A stretch of 64,000 nt of DNA from Candidatus Tectimicrobiota bacterium (GTDB lineage Bacteria > JACPUC01), in the NCBI GenBank assembly GCA_016192455.1, contig JACPUC010000003.1:124001-188000 (forward strand), in the 5' to 3' direction. Below the pieces are notes generated by a model. The model saw only the letters and a list, made by a program, of their open reading frames with translations, was not told the DNA's origin and did no database searches. Of the stretch, positions 30,161 to 43,534 are shown in pieces (position 1 is the first letter of the stretch; each line of letters begins with the position of its first letter). A program made the translations under genes and the position numbers.

Positions 30161-30907
30161 TCAGTTGAACGACATCCCCCCATTGACCTGCAGACACTGC
30201 CCGGTGACGAACGCCGCGTCCTCGGAGCAGAGGAAGACGATGGCGCCGGTGAGGTCCTCCGGCATCTGCTTGCGCTTGATGCACTGCTCATCGATGCGCT
30301 TCTGGAACCACTCCTCGGCGTAGGCATTGCGCACGGTGGCGGTCTGCGTCAGACCGGGGGCGACGCAGTTCACGGTGATGCCGTACGGCCCGAACTCCTT
30401 CGCCATGGCGCGCGTCAAGCCGATCACGCCGCCCTTGCTGGCGATGTAGTGCGCCAGGCGCGGCGACCCCGACCAGAACGTGCTGGAGGCGATGGTGACG
30501 ATGCTGCCGCGCCGCTGCTCCTTCATGCGCGGCACCACCGCCTTGCAGCAGAGGAAGGTGCCGGTGAGGTTGACGTTCAGGACGCGCTGCCAGTCATCGA
30601 GGGTGATCTTCTCCCACTCGGTGAGGGGGTAGATGCCGGCGTTGCAGACCAGGGCGTCGATGCGGCCGAAGCGCTTCACCGCCACGTCCGCCATGCGCCG
30701 GGTCTCCTCCGGCGAGCTCACATCGACGCGCTCCGCCGCGGCCTTGCCGCCGGCGGCCTGCAGCTCCTCGGCAAGCCGCCGCCCCGCCTCGCCGTCGATG
30801 TCGGCGACGAGGACGGCGGCCCCTTCCTTCACGCAGCGCCGGGCATACGCCTCGCCGATGCCGTGGGCCGCCCCGGTGATGATGACGACGCGATCCTTCA
30901 GCTTCAT
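30161..30907 (-). CDS. Short-chain dehydrogenase/reductase (likely NAD-preferring)
   Basis: TGAAHGIG, ADID, CNAG, YIASK, NCVAPG. Confidence 0.93.
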   Translation of the reverse strand: MKLKDRVVIITGAAHGIGEAYARRCVKEGAAVLVADIDGEAGRRLAEELQAAGGKAAAERVDVSSPEETRRMADVAVKRFGRIDALVCNAGIYPLTEWEKITLDDWQRVLNVNLTGTFLCCKAVVPRMKEQRRGSIVTIASSTFWSGSPRLAHYIASKGGVIGLTRAMAKEFGPYGITVNCVAPGLTQTATVRNAYAEEWFQKRIDEQCIKRKQMPEDLTGAIVFLCSEDAAFVTGQCLQVNGGMSFN

Positions 30908-31354
30908 GGTTCCTCTGCCTCCTGGGTTGGGGGTCGCCGCTGCCGCCCTGCCACCCCGCGGCCAGGCGGGCGCGGCGGCGCCTCCACACCCCTCGCCCCG
31001 TCCTCCCCTGGCCTCTCGCCCGGGGACGGCTGCCATGCGGCCGGGAGAGGAGCCGCGAATGCCCCCGCCCTACCCCTCGAGCCGCTCGCCCGCGGCCGGG
31101 AATCCGCCCCGGGTTCTCTCTTGGCGCGGCAAGGCTTCTAGTGTACCATCATTTTGACCCACGGGAAGCCTACCGCCGTGGTGCCGCGCGCTCACGCCAC
31201 GTCGCGGCAGGCGCCAGGGGCCTGAGCAGGCCGCCCGCGCGGGCGCCGGGCCCTGCCGGCGCAGCCGCGGCGGCGAGGGAAAGCCTGGGCAGTTTTCCAG
31301 TGGTGAGGTATAGCACAGGTTTCGTCCGACGAGTACCTCACGTAGGGCAGCAGC

Positions 31355-32293
31355 ATGTCCACTTTAGGGAGAACCCTGCGACAGGCCAGGGAAGAGAAAG
31401 GGCTGACCCTCGAGAACGTTGCCGAGAAGACCAACATCAACCGGCGCTACCTGGAAGCGCTCGAGAGCGGACGGTTCGACCTCCTGCCGGGGGGTCCCTT
31501 TATCCGCGGTTTTCTGCGCGCCTACGTGCAGCTCGTGCACCTCAACTACGACGAGGTGATCTCGCTCTACCTGGATGAGACGGCGCCCAAGCCGCCGCTG
31601 GAGGAGACGCCGGCGCCGCCGCCGGAGCCGGCGCCGCCGACAGCCGCTCCGCCGCGCGGCATGCCGCGGCGGGCGCTTCTCGCGGTCGGCATCGTCATCA
31701 TCCTGGGGCTTGGCGCCGTGGCGGGATGGCGCCTGGGGCTGGACCTGGCGGCGCGGCAGTTTTTCCAACTCGGCTCCGTGCCTGCGCCCGAGCCCCGGCG
31801 GCCCGTCAGTCCGCAAGCGCCTGAACCCACCTTGCAGCGTCTCGGGCCGGCGCTGCCGGGGCAGGAGCCCAGCCTGTGGCCGCAGGCGCCGAGCGCGCAG
31901 GAGCGCTCGACCTCCGATCACCTCAGCGGCGCCCCCGCCGGAGCAGGCGCCAGCGGCAACGCCGGCCAGATGCCGGGGGCTGCAGCGGCGCTCGCCGCCC
32001 CGCGTGGCGCGTCGCGTCCAGGGCCGTCGCCGCGCTTCACCCTGCGGGTGCGCAGCGCCCGGACGAACTGGATGCGCCTGAGCATCGACGGGCGCGTCTC
32101 CGAGGACATCACCATGACGCCCGGCGAGGAGTACCGCTGGCAGGCCGCCGAAAGCTTCCTCCTCACCATCGGCAACGCCAGGGCGGCGGAGGTCTACCTT
32201 AACAATGTGCGGCTGATGCTGCCGGTCACCCAGGACAACGTCCTGCGCGATTTTCATGTCGATGCGGGGAGTCTGCGTCAGCATCGGCAGTAG
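31355..32293 (+). CDS. rodZ: RodZ-like protein (HTH_25, TM helix, DUF4115)
   Basis: LGRTLRQAREEKGLTL...YLEALE...FIRGFLRAY, central TM helix, C-terminal LTIGNA. Confidence 0.8.
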   Translation: MSTLGRTLRQAREEKGLTLENVAEKTNINRRYLEALESGRFDLLPGGPFIRGFLRAYVQLVHLNYDEVISLYLDETAPKPPLEETPAPPPEPAPPTAAPPRGMPRRALLAVGIVIILGLGAVAGWRLGLDLAARQFFQLGSVPAPEPRRPVSPQAPEPTLQRLGPALPGQEPSLWPQAPSAQERSTSDHLSGAPAGAGASGNAGQMPGAAAALAAPRGASRPGPSPRFTLRVRSARTNWMRLSIDGRVSEDITMTPGEEYRWQAAESFLLTIGNARAAEVYLNNVRLMLPVTQDNVLRDFHVDAGSLRQHRQ

Positions 32294-32398
32294 GCGAGCG
32301 CCCGCCGGCGTCCCCTCGCCGCCGTCGGCGCGGCGGTGGAGGAGCGGGCGCGGGCGGCATCTCCTTGGTTGCGGCGGGGTCGGGGAGGAAGGACCAGG

Positions 32399-33271
32399 AT
32401 GGCGCAGCCGCGGGTTCTGGCCGTGCTTGGGCAGCCCATCGAGCACTCCCTGTCGCCGCTCATGCACAACACGGCGATTCAGGCCCTGGGGCTGGCCTAC
32501 GTCTACGTCGCCTTCGAGGTCGCCCCGGCGGACCTGGCCGAGGCGGTGGCCGGCTTGCGCGCCCTCGGCGTGCGCGGCTACAACCTCACCATCCCGCACA
32601 AGGAGCGCGTTCTCCCGTACCTCCAGGAGCTCACCGAGGAGGCGCGGCTGATCGGCGCGGTGAACACCGTGCGGCTCGACGGCCAGCGGCTCATCGGGCA
32701 TAACACCGATGGGGTCGGGCTGCTGGCGGCGCTGCGGCGGGACGGCGGCATCGATCCCGCCGGCAAGCGCTGCGTGGTGCTCGGCGCCGGCGGCGCGGCG
32801 CGCGCCGTGGTCGTGCAGTTGGCCCTGGCGGGCGCCGCCGAGATTCTCATCGCCAACCGCACGCCGGAGCGCGCCGCAGCCCTCGCCAGCCACGTCGCGG
32901 CGAACGTGGGAGGCGTGGCGCTGGCGGCGCTCCCCCTGGACGGCGAGAGGCTGCGGCAGCCGCTGGCGCGGGCGGACCTGGTCATCAACGCCACCTCGGT
33001 CGGCATGGGGGATGACGCCGCCAGCCCCCTGCCCGCCGACGTGTTGAGCGACCGGCACTTCGTCTGCGATCTCATTTACCGCCCGCCGCAGACGCGCCTG
33101 CTGCGCCAAGCGCGCCAGCGCGGCGCGCGCGTGCTGAACGGACTCGGCATGCTTCTCTACCAGGGCGCCGCCGCCTTCCAGTGGTGGACCGGAGAGCCGT
33201 TCCCGGTGGAGCAGGTGCGGCGCGCCTTGCTGGAGCACCTGGCGGCGGGAGACGAGGAGGCTCGATCCTGA
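32399..33271 (+). CDS. aroE: Shikimate dehydrogenase
   Basis: HSLSPLMHN, NLTIPHK, IGAVNT, NTDG, GAGGAARA, NATSVGM, MLLYQG. Confidence 0.95.
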   Translation: MAQPRVLAVLGQPIEHSLSPLMHNTAIQALGLAYVYVAFEVAPADLAEAVAGLRALGVRGYNLTIPHKERVLPYLQELTEEARLIGAVNTVRLDGQRLIGHNTDGVGLLAALRRDGGIDPAGKRCVVLGAGGAARAVVVQLALAGAAEILIANRTPERAAALASHVAANVGGVALAALPLDGERLRQPLARADLVINATSVGMGDDAASPLPADVLSDRHFVCDLIYRPPQTRLLRQARQRGARVLNGLGMLLYQGAAAFQWWTGEPFPVEQVRRALLEHLAAGDEEARS

Positions 33272-33432
33272 CGCTCCACGCCTTTCCGCCCTGCCGCGAC
33301 CCCGGCACGGCTCTGGCCCGAGTGAGCTGCGTGGTCAGGGTGCTAGAGGCGGGGTGGGCGACGCGTCAATTGTGAAGGGAACCGCGGGCTCTCCTTCGGA
33401 ATTGCAGCCACTCCTGAGGAATGGGACAGGCC

Positions 33433-34647
33433 ATGGCAACATTCGTGTGGACAGGCAGGCTCGGCGGCGGTGATGTGCAGACCGGCGAGATCGAAGCGGC
33501 GAGCCGCACGGTCGCCACCGCGCTGCTGCGACGCCAGCGCGTCGCCGTGCAAACGCTGAAACCGAAGACGAAGCCGCTCAACATCAAGATTCCCGGCCTC
33601 GGCGGCGACAAGGTCACGGACCACGACATCGTCATCCTCACGCGCCAGTTCGCCACCATGATCGACGCCGGCTTGCCCCTGGTAACGATCCTCGACATCC
33701 TGGGCAAGCAGAGCGAGAACAAGCTGCTCGCCGGGACCATCCTGAAGATCAAGGCCGACGTGGAAGGCGGCGCGAGTTACGGCGACGCCCTGCGCAAGTT
33801 CCCGCAGATTTTCGACAACCTCTACGTCAACATGGTCGATGCGGGGGAGACCGGCGGCATCCTCGACACGATCCTCTTCCGCCTCTCCGCCTACCTCGAG
33901 AAGAACGCGGCACTGAAGAAGAAGATCAAGTCCGCTCTCGTCTACCCTATCGCCATCGTGGGGGTGGCCGTCTTGGTGGTGGTCTTCCTGCTCATCTTCG
34001 TCATCCCCACCTTCGGCAAGATGTTCTCCGACGCCGGCCAAAAGCTGCCGCTGCCGACCGCGATCGTCCTTGGCGCCAGCGATATCACGATGAGCTACGG
34101 CTACCTGGTGATCCCGCCGATCGTCGGGGTGGTGATCGCCTTCAAGCGCTACTACAAAACCAAGGCGGGCCACCGCAAGATCGATGGGCTGACGCTGAAG
34201 CTGCCGGTGTTCGGCCTGTTGCTGCGCAAGGTGGCGGTGTCGAAGTTCACGCGCACCCTCGGCACCCTCATCAGCAGCGGCGTGCCGATCATCGAGGCCC
34301 TGGGGATCACGGCGCGCATCGCCGGCAACCTCGTGGTGCAGGAGGCGATCGAGACGACGATCACCAGCATCAAGCAGGGGGAAACGATCAGCAAGCCCCT
34401 CGGGCAGACGCAGATCTTCCCCCCCATGGTGATTCAGATGATCCAGGTGGGGGAAACCTCGGGGGCCTTGGACACCATGCTCGGCAAGATCGCCGACTTC
34501 TACGACGAGGAGGTGGACAGCACCGTCGGCGCCCTCACCGAGCTGCTCGAACCGATGCTCATGGTCTTCCTTGGCACCGTCGTAGGGTTCATCGTCGTCG
34601 CCATGTACCTGCCGATCTTCAACATGGCGAGCACCCTGGGGAGCTAG
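33433..34647 (+). CDS. pilC: Type IV pilus inner-membrane platform protein (T2SS F family)
   Basis: TRQFATMIDAGLPL, AGETGG.LD, KIKSALVYP, GETSGALDTML.KIADFY, AMYLPIF. Confidence 0.93.
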   Translation: MATFVWTGRLGGGDVQTGEIEAASRTVATALLRRQRVAVQTLKPKTKPLNIKIPGLGGDKVTDHDIVILTRQFATMIDAGLPLVTILDILGKQSENKLLAGTILKIKADVEGGASYGDALRKFPQIFDNLYVNMVDAGETGGILDTILFRLSAYLEKNAALKKKIKSALVYPIAIVGVAVLVVVFLLIFVIPTFGKMFSDAGQKLPLPTAIVLGASDITMSYGYLVIPPIVGVVIAFKRYYKTKAGHRKIDGLTLKLPVFGLLLRKVAVSKFTRTLGTLISSGVPIIEALGITARIAGNLVVQEAIETTITSIKQGETISKPLGQTQIFPPMVIQMIQVGETSGALDTMLGKIADFYDEEVDSTVGALTELLEPMLMVFLGTVVGFIVVAMYLPIFNMASTLGS

Positions 34648-34714
34648 GCCCGGCGGCGGGAAAGGTGGCGGCGCGGTGGTGAGTGCAGGCTCGGAACAAG
34701 CGCGAGACGCGGTG

Positions 34715-36526
34715 ATGACGCCTCCGCGGACGCCGCGACGAAGATTGCCGGCAAGCCTCCGCACCATCATCGTGCTGCGGCTCCTCCTGGCGAGCGGCGT
34801 CCTCGGCGCGGTGACGCTGGCCGAGGCGAGCTTCGCCGCCTGGCCGGAGACGGGCGCGCTTCGCCTCCTCATCTCGCTCGCCTACGCCGTGAGCCTGCTC
34901 ACCTACCTGGTGTGGCGCCTGCTGGGCGACCACCCGGCGCTGCCGCCCGCCCAGTTCGCCGCTGATGTCGTCATCATCAGCGGCATCGTCCTGCTGACGG
35001 ACGGCCTGCAGAGCCCCTTCACCTTCCTCTACATCCTCCCCATCATCGGCGCCGGCATGACGCTGCCGCGGCGCATCAGCCAGGCCACCGCCGCGCTCGC
35101 CAGCCTGGGGTATATCGGCGCCGCCTTGAAACTGCCCCTCCTCGGCGCCGCAGGACCGAGCGGCTGGCTCAGCCGCACCATGGCGGGCATCACCGCCGAG
35201 CGGTCGTACCTGCTCTTCTTCCATCTCAGCGCCTTCTTCCTCGTCGCCTTCCTGGGCAGCCACCTCGCCGAGAAACTGAAGGCCCAGCGCCGCGAACTCC
35301 AGGAGACGAGCGACTCCCTGGAAGAACTGCAGGAGCTGCACACGCGCCTCGTCACGAGCATGCGCGTGGGACTCTTCACCTGCGATTGCGACGGCCGCGT
35401 CACCTCCCTCAACCAGGCGGCGGCAACCCTCCTCGGCCACTCCTGGCCACAGGTCCGCGGCCAGAGCTGCGCCACCCTCTTCCCGGGGTTTCCGATCAAG
35501 GACTTCCTGGAAACCCTCTGCGGCCCAGGCGCGGCGGCGACGCCGGCGCAGGCGGCCGCCGGGCGCTTCGTCGAGGGGGAGTTCGAGCACCGAGGGGGGG
35601 CCACCATCAACCTGACCATGAGCCTCTCCCCCCTCCTCCCACCCGGCGGCCACTGCGCCGGCATGGTGGGCATCTTCCAGGAGAGCACCGAGCTGCACAC
35701 GATGCGCCAGCGCCTGGAACGCGCGGACCGGCTGGCGGCCGTCGGGCGCCTGGCGGCGGGCATTGCGCACGAGATCCGCAACCCGTTGGCGTCGCTGAGC
35801 GGCGCGCTCCAGGTGCTGCGCGGCGAGGTGGACCTCGATGCCACGAATGCCCGCCTGCTGGATATCGCCCTGCGCGAGGCCAACCGCCTCAGCACCACGA
35901 TCACCGAATTCCTCACCTATGCCCGCCCGCAGGCGCCGGAACCGCAGCCGTTCGACCTCAACATCCTCGTCAAGGAGACCCTGGAGCTGCTCAGCAACAG
36001 CCCGCAGTACCATCCGGAAATCAGCATCGAGATGGCCTGCGCCCCCCAGCCGGTGGTCGCCGAGGTCGACCTGCACCAACTGCGCCAGGTGCTCTGGAAC
36101 CTCTGCCTGAACGCCTTGCAGGCATTTCCCGCGGAGGGGGGGATGCTGCGCGTCAGCACCGGCGCGAGCGGCGCCGGCGTCGAGGCGGGGCAGACGAGCG
36201 CCGCCCCCCTCGCCCCGGCGCTCCAGGCGCGCGGCGCGCTGGCTGATCCCTACGTCACCTTGACGATCGCGGATACCGGGGTAGGCATTCCGCACGACCT
36301 CCAGCAGCAGGTCTTCGAGCCGTTCTTCAGCACGAAGAGGTATGGCAGCGGCCTGGGGCTGGCCGTCGTGCATCAGATCGTCACCGCGCACCACGGTGAG
36401 ATTTACCTCGACAGCAAGCCCGGCCGGGGCACGCGGTTCCGGATCGTGCTGCCGGCGCGGGCCCCGGCGGGCCTCGGCGCGGCGGGGCCGGCGCCGGCGA
36501 GGGATCGGCGCGCCGCACAGCCTTGA
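34715..36526 (+). CDS. pilS: PilS-like membrane sensor histidine kinase
   Basis: Multi-TM N-terminus (SPFTFLY), PAS, AHEIRNPLAS, NLCLNA, GSGLGL; located between pilC and pilR. Start uncertain. Confidence 0.85.
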   Translation: MTPPRTPRRRLPASLRTIIVLRLLLASGVLGAVTLAEASFAAWPETGALRLLISLAYAVSLLTYLVWRLLGDHPALPPAQFAADVVIISGIVLLTDGLQSPFTFLYILPIIGAGMTLPRRISQATAALASLGYIGAALKLPLLGAAGPSGWLSRTMAGITAERSYLLFFHLSAFFLVAFLGSHLAEKLKAQRRELQETSDSLEELQELHTRLVTSMRVGLFTCDCDGRVTSLNQAAATLLGHSWPQVRGQSCATLFPGFPIKDFLETLCGPGAAATPAQAAAGRFVEGEFEHRGGATINLTMSLSPLLPPGGHCAGMVGIFQESTELHTMRQRLERADRLAAVGRLAAGIAHEIRNPLASLSGALQVLRGEVDLDATNARLLDIALREANRLSTTITEFLTYARPQAPEPQPFDLNILVKETLELLSNSPQYHPEISIEMACAPQPVVAEVDLHQLRQVLWNLCLNALQAFPAEGGMLRVSTGASGAGVEAGQTSAAPLAPALQARGALADPYVTLTIADTGVGIPHDLQQQVFEPFFSTKRYGSGLGLAVVHQIVTAHHGEIYLDSKPGRGTRFRIVLPARAPAGLGAAGPAPARDRRAAQP

Positions 36527-36632
36527 GGCACGGGTTGCCCCAGGGTAGGGAGCGGGCGAGCCCGCCCGCCGCCCGGCGGCTCCTCGCCGCGAAGGAGCGC
36601 GCGCCTCTCCAGTCGTTGCGAAAGCAGAGCCG

Positions 36633-37999
<1,367 letters not shown>

Positions 38000-38003
<4 letters not shown>

Positions 38004-38178
38004 TGTTGCGTCTCACAACGTCGCTGAAAATTTGCCGCGCAACGGCCTACATTTTTTCTCGGGAACCCTCGCTCCCCCACCCCCCCAGTCCCCGTGAGCT
38101 GCGCCGCGGCTCGCGTAGCTGGGGTGCGCGAAGGGACAAGGCCCCTCGCAGAAATTCATGATGTAACTTACACCACAG
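38000..38178 (+). mobile_element. MITE-like element, copy 4 (REP core decayed)
   Basis: Starts CTAGTGTTGCGTCTCACAA at the pilR stop. Shares gctcccccac and ggggtgcgcga.gggacaagg.ccctcgcaga blocks with copy 3. Confidence 0.55.
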
Positions 38179-38694
38179 GAGAGTGCCGGGGATGCGCCGC
38201 CGCGCCCGGCCAGAAGCCGCCGCCGCCCCTCGCCGCGCGGGCGCTGGCGCGCAACGTCAAGCTGCAAACCCAGGCCCCGCGGAGGACCGCCGCCGGGAAT
38301 TCCGCTGGAATCTGCGCGCACCCCTTGCGGGAAGTCCTCCTGAGTGCCTACCTTGAGCACGAGCAGCGAACCGGGGAGCGATCCCGGGGTTCCGCGCCCA
38401 GCGGTGCGTTTCGTTCGCAGACCTTCGCCGGGGCGTCCCATGAGGGGTGGTCTGCGTTTGCCGCTTTCCCTTCGCTGTCGCGCCGCGGCGAAGGCAGGCG
38501 CGCGGGAGGCGGGAGCCCGAAGACCCCGGCATGCCTCGCGGCGCGGAGCGAGACCCCCTGCCGGTCCTCCCCGGCGGGTGGACGTTTGCCTGCTCGCCAC
38601 CTCCCCCTTGAGGCTGCGACCGACGCGCGGCAGGGAGCCGCGAGGCCGCCTGGGCCTGTCCGCCGGGGACGCGCAGCCGTGAGAGTTCTGATCG

Positions 38695-41600
38695 GTGACG
38701 GCGTTGCGTGATCTCTCCTCTCTCTTCGAAGACCTCCTGCGGGGGGCGGACCGCCTGCGGCTCGGCGGCCTTTCCGGCCCCGCCCTGGCGTACGTGCTGA
38801 GCGAGCTCGCCCGCGCCTCGGGCCGGCCCCTCTTCATCATCTGCCCCGATGTCGACACCGCCGTGGAGCTCAGCGTCGACCTGGAGTTCTTCCACGACGG
38901 CGGCGAGACCGCGCACCCCGCCGCCGCGCCGCCTGGGGCGCGCGAGGAGCTGGCGCCGCCTGCCGGCGGATTTGCCGGGCCGCTCTTCTTCCCGCCCTAC
39001 GAGGTCACGCCGTACGACGGCATCCAGCCCGACCACGAGGCGACGCGGCGGCGCCTGAAGGTGCTGAGCGCCCTCTGCGAGGAGCCGACGCGCCTCGTCG
39101 TCACCACCGCGACCGCCGCCATGCAGCGCGTGCTGCCGCGGCGCACCCTGGCGTCCGCCTGCCTGCACCTGGCGGTCGGCTCGACCTCCCCCCTCGAGGC
39201 GCTCGCCGGTCAGCTCGCGCGGGGCGGTTATCGCCGCGAGGTCCAGGTCGAGGCGCACGGCGACTTCAGCATCCGCGGCGGCATCCTCGACGTCTATCCC
39301 CCCGGCGCCGAGCACCCGGTGCGCTGCGAGTTCGTCGGCAATGAGCTGGAGTCGATGCGGCTGTTCGACCTCGCCACGCAGAAATCGCTGCGGACCATCA
39401 CCGCCATCACGCTCGAGCCGGTGCGCGAGTTCTTGGCGAACCCCGAAGACCTGCCGGCCGTCCTCGCCCGCCTGCGCCGCGCCGCCCAGGCGCAGGACCT
39501 GCCCGACGGCGAGCGCGCCGCCCTGGAGGAGCGCCTGCGCGAGGGCTCCGCCTCCTTCCCCAGCGAAGCGCTGCTGCCGCTCTGCCACGGCCAGCTCGAC
39601 AGCATCTGGGACTACCTCGACCCCGAGTGCATCCAGGTGCTCTACGAGCCGGAACGGCTTGCCGAGATGGCGCGGCGCGCCTGGGAGGGGCTGAGCCTGA
39701 AGTACCGGGCGGCGCGCGCCGACGGCCGGCTGGCCCTCGATCCGCCCCAGCACGCCCTGCGGCCCGATCAGCTCCCCGGCCTCTGCGCTCAGACGCCGCG
39801 CCTGGAAATCTCGGAGCTCTCCGCGGGCGAGGGGGCGTCACCGCTGCGCGGCGCCCTCCGCCTGCTCTCCCTCGCCTCCTTCCGCGGCCGCTTCTCCTCC
39901 TTCATCGATCAGCTCCGCGTCTGGCTGAAGGAGCGCTACCGGATCATCATCGTCTGCTCCAGCCAGTCGGGAGCGGAGCGCTTGCAGGCGCTCCTGCGCG
40001 AGCACGACCTCGGCGCCAGCATCGCGCCGCGCTTCAGCGCGCTGCGCCTCGGCAGCCCCTGGGCCGGAAACGGGCAGGGAGAGGCCAGGGAAGGAGCGCG
40101 GCGCGTCCGGGACGCGCAGGAGCCGGACCTGGGCCTGGAGGGCGGGGCGGCCAGGCGCCGCATCGCCGCGGCCGCGGACGAGGATGGGGCCGGCTTCGAG
40201 CCGCGCCTCGAGCTCTGCCTCGGCCGCATCAGCGGCGCCTTCCAGTTCCTCCCCCTGCGCCTCATCATGTTCAGCGAGAGCCAGATTTTCGGGCTGCGGC
40301 TGCGCCGCCAATTCAAGGCGCGGCGCGCCAGCACCCTGCTGAAGTCCGGCTTGCGGGAGCTGCACCCGGGCGACTTCGTGGTGCACCACGAGCACGGCAT
40401 CGGGTGCTACGTCGGGCTGCGCGAGCTGGCGGTGGGAGGGGCGCCCCGCGAGTTCGTCGAGCTGGAGTACGCCGAGCGCGAGAAACTCTACGTGCCGGTG
40501 GAGAAGCTGCACCTCATCGACCGCTACATCGGCGCCGGGGGGCGGGCGCGCCTGGACCGGCTGGGAGGGGTGTCCTGGAAGCGCGTCAAGGCCCGCATCA
40601 AGCGCTCGGTGCAGCACATGGCGCGGGACCTCCTGCGGCTCTACGCCGTGCGCGAGGTGCTGGAGGGGACGTCGTGCGAGGCCGACGGGCCGCTCCACCA
40701 CGAGTTCGCCGCCGCCTTCGAGTACGAGGAGACGGAGGACCAGGGGCGCGCCATCGAGGATGTGGGCCGCGACATGGAGAACCGCCGCCCGATGGATCGC
40801 CTCATCTGCGGCGACGTCGGCTACGGCAAGACGGAGGTGGCCATGCGCGCCGCCTTCAAGGCGGTCTTCGACCATCGCCAGGCGGCCGTGCTGGTGCCAA
40901 CGACGATCCTCGCCCAGCAGCACCTCCAGACCTTCACCCAGCGCTTCGCCGGCTGGCCGGTGCACATCGCCCTGCTCAGCCGCTTCGTGCCGCGCCCGCA
41001 GCAGAAGGCGACGCTGCGCGACCTCGCCGAGGGCAAGGTGGACATCGTCATCGGCACGCATCGGCTGCTGCAGGAGGATGTGCGGTTCAAGGAGCTTGGG
41101 CTGCTCGTCGTTGATGAGGAGCACCGCTTCGGCGTCGCTCACAAGGAGCGCATCAAGCGCTTCCGCAACCTCGTGGACGTGCTCACCCTCAGCGCCACGC
41201 CGATCCCGCGCACGATGCAGTTCGCCCTCATGAACATCCGGGACCTCAGCATCATCAACACCCCGCCCGAGGACCGCCTGCCGGTCCATACCTACGTCGT
41301 CAAGTTCAGCACGCGGGTCATCCGCGAGGCCATCATGAACGAGCTGCAGCGCGGCGGCCAGGTCTTCTTCGTGCACAACCGCGTGCAGAGCATCGACTCG
41401 ATGGCCGCCGTGGTGAAGTCAATCGTCCCCGAGGCGCGCGTCGGCATCGCCCATGGGCAGATGAGCGAGCGCGCCCTCGAGCGCGTCATGGTGCGGTTCC
41501 TGCGCGGCGAGTTCAACGTCCTCGTCTGCACCACGATCATCGAATCGGGGCTCGACATCCCGAACGCCAACACGATCATCATGCACCGCGCCGACAAGCT

Positions 41601-42351
41601 GGGGCTGGCGCAGCTCTACCAGCTTCGCGGCCGGGTCGGGCGGGATCGCTACCAGGCCTACGCCTACCTCCTCGTCCCCGGCATGGACGCCCTCAGCGAC
41701 GTCGCCCGCAAGCGCCTGCGCACCATCGAGGAGCTGAGCGAGCTGAGCGCCGGCTTCCAGCTCGCCAGCCGCGACCTGGAAATCCGCGGCGCCGGCAACA
41801 TCCTCGGCTCCGAGCAGTCGGGGCACGTCGCCGCCGTCGGCTTCGAGCTCTACTGCCGGCTCATCGAAGAGGCCGTGGCGGAGCTGCGCGGCAAGAAGCC
41901 CTCGGAGATCTTCGAGGCCGACATCAGCCTCGATTTCCACGGCTCCATCCCCGCTGACTACGTGCGCGACGCCCAGGAGCGCCTCGATCTCTACCAGCGC
42001 CTCTCCCTCAGCGACGACGAGCAGGAGGTGGACGCCTTCGCCGACGAGCTGATCGATCGCTACGGCGGCATCCCCGACGAGGTGGAGCAGCTCATCGCCG
42101 CCACGCGCCTGCGCATCCTCGCCCAGCGCCTGCACCTCGAACGGCTGGCGCGCACGAGAGAGGGGGCGGACCTCCGCTTCCATCCCTCCACCGCCCTGGA
42201 ACCGGAACGGCTCCTCCGCTTCCTCCAGACCCACCAGCGCACCGCCAAGCTGGAGCCGGAGAACCTCCTGCGTATCGCCATCGCGCCGGACGACTGGCGC
42301 GAGACCTATGCGACCCTTGCCAATCATTTGCGCGCCCTCGCCGGCCCATGA
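38695..42351 (+). CDS. mfd: Transcription-repair coupling factor
   Basis: [65 protein letters not shown]. Confidence 0.97.
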   Translation: MTALRDLSSLFEDLLRGADRLRLGGLSGPALAYVLSELARASGRPLFIICPDVDTAVELSVDLEFFHDGGETAHPAAAPPGAREELAPPAGGFAGPLFFPPYEVTPYDGIQPDHEATRRRLKVLSALCEEPTRLVVTTATAAMQRVLPRRTLASACLHLAVGSTSPLEALAGQLARGGYRREVQVEAHGDFSIRGGILDVYPPGAEHPVRCEFVGNELESMRLFDLATQKSLRTITAITLEPVREFLANPEDLPAVLARLRRAAQAQDLPDGERAALEERLREGSASFPSEALLPLCHGQLDSIWDYLDPECIQVLYEPERLAEMARRAWEGLSLKYRAARADGRLALDPPQHALRPDQLPGLCAQTPRLEISELSAGEGASPLRGALRLLSLASFRGRFSSFIDQLRVWLKERYRIIIVCSSQSGAERLQALLREHDLGASIAPRFSALRLGSPWAGNGQGEAREGARRVRDAQEPDLGLEGGAARRRIAAAADEDGAGFEPRLELCLGRISGAFQFLPLRLIMFSESQIFGLRLRRQFKARRASTLLKSGLRELHPGDFVVHHEHGIGCYVGLRELAVGGAPREFVELEYAEREKLYVPVEKLHLIDRYIGAGGRARLDRLGGVSWKRVKARIKRSVQHMARDLLRLYAVREVLEGTSCEADGPLHHEFAAAFEYEETEDQGRAIEDVGRDMENRRPMDRLICGDVGYGKTEVAMRAAFKAVFDHRQAAVLVPTTILAQQHLQTFTQRFAGWPVHIALLSRFVPRPQQKATLRDLAEGKVDIVIGTHRLLQEDVRFKELGLLVVDEEHRFGVAHKERIKRFRNLVDVLTLSATPIPRTMQFALMNIRDLSIINTPPEDRLPVHTYVVKFSTRVIREAIMNELQRGGQVFFVHNRVQSIDSMAAVVKSIVPEARVGIAHGQMSERALERVMVRFLRGEFNVLVCTTIIESGLDIPNANTIIMHRADKLGLAQLYQLRGRVGRDRYQAYAYLLVPGMDALSDVARKRLRTIEELSELSAGFQLASRDLEIRGAGNILGSEQSGHVAAVGFELYCRLIEEAVAELRGKKPSEIFEADISLDFHGSIPADYVRDAQERLDLYQRLSLSDDEQEVDAFADELIDRYGGIPDEVEQLIAATRLRILAQRLHLERLARTREGADLRFHPSTALEPERLLRFLQTHQRTAKLEPENLLRIAIAPDDWRETYATLANHLRALAGP

Positions 42352-42432
42352 TACACTCACTGGTAGGCATTGACCGCAGGGGGATCTCTCGAGGTGGCAG
42401 TTCGGCTGGCGCTGGGCATCCTGAAACGGGCC

Positions 42433-43449
42433 ATGAGGCTCCACGCCATGCGGCGGCGCGCCGCCTCACCCTCCGCCGGGAGGGGGGGACGGCGCTTCTG
42501 GTGCGCCCTCCTGGCGGGCCTCCTCCTCGGCTGCACCGCGCCGCCGCCTCGCGCCGCGCAGCTCCCGCTCGAGCCCGTTGATCCGATCGTCGCCGAGGTG
42601 GACGGCACGGCGCTGACGAAGAGCGAGGTTGAGCGTTCCTGGAGGGCTGCGCACAAATCCCCCATGGAGACGGCAACCTCCGACCGACGCGCCGCCTTCC
42701 TCCTGAAGATGGTGGAGCAGGCGCTCTTCCTGCAGGCGGCCAAGAAGGAGGGCCTGGAGGTTCCCGACCTGGAGGTGCAGCAGGCCGAGCATGCCCTGCG
42801 CGCCAGCTACTCGGACAGCCAGTTCTTTACGAAGCTCGACGGCATGGGCCTCACCCTGGAGGAATGGCGGCAGGACCTGCGCCAGGACCTCCTGGTCCGC
42901 AAGCTCATCGAGCGCCGGATCAGCGGGCAGGTCAAGGTCGAGGAGGCCGACGTCGAGGCCTACTACCGCGCCAACCAGCAGCGCTTCCGCCGACCGCCAC
43001 GGGTGAAGCTGCAGCAGATCGTCACCGAGAGCAAGGCGGAGGCGTTTCGCCTGCGCACCCAGCTTGCGCGCGGCGCCGACTTCGCGCGGCTCGCCCGCGC
43101 CAGCTCCGTGACGCCCGAGGCCAAGAACGGCGGCGTGGTCGGCTGGTTCTCGCCGGGCCAGCTCCCCGAGAAGCTCGATGAGGTCGCCTTCAAGCTGCGG
43201 CGCGGGCAGATCAGCGATGTGGTGCAGACACCTTACGGCTTCCACGTCCTGCGCATCATCGAGCAGGAGAACGCTGCGGACCTGAAGTTCGACGAGGTGC
43301 AGGAGATGATCCAGCAGAAGCTCTTCCAGGAGCGGCAGGCCCTCCTGTTCCAGCAGTACGCGCAGCAGCTTTGGCGGGACTCGACCGTCCGGACCTACCT
43401 GGATCGCCTGCTCGCGCAAGGGTCGAAACCTGCTGCCCCCTCCTCCTGA
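42433..43449 (+). CDS. SurA/PrsA-like parvulin peptidylprolyl isomerase
   Basis: VAEVDG, GADFARLA, GG.VGWF, SDVVQTPYGFH; follows mfd. Start uncertain. Confidence 0.85.
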   Translation: MRLHAMRRRAASPSAGRGGRRFWCALLAGLLLGCTAPPPRAAQLPLEPVDPIVAEVDGTALTKSEVERSWRAAHKSPMETATSDRRAAFLLKMVEQALFLQAAKKEGLEVPDLEVQQAEHALRASYSDSQFFTKLDGMGLTLEEWRQDLRQDLLVRKLIERRISGQVKVEEADVEAYYRANQQRFRRPPRVKLQQIVTESKAEAFRLRTQLARGADFARLARASSVTPEAKNGGVVGWFSPGQLPEKLDEVAFKLRRGQISDVVQTPYGFHVLRIIEQENAADLKFDEVQEMIQQKLFQERQALLFQQYAQQLWRDSTVRTYLDRLLAQGSKPAAPSS

Positions 43450-43534
43450 GAAGGTTCGCCGCGAGGTGCGCTCGGCGTGCGTCCAGGGGGGTCGAGCGGA
43501 GGGGCGCAGGGAGTTCGGCGCGAAGGGAGGGAGC

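Noticed and set aside
38013-38858. ORFs between pilR and mfd as pilin or other genes
   Set aside because: Low-complexity Arg/Pro/Ala-rich translations, no prepilin G|FTLIE motif, and partly derived from the repeat element.
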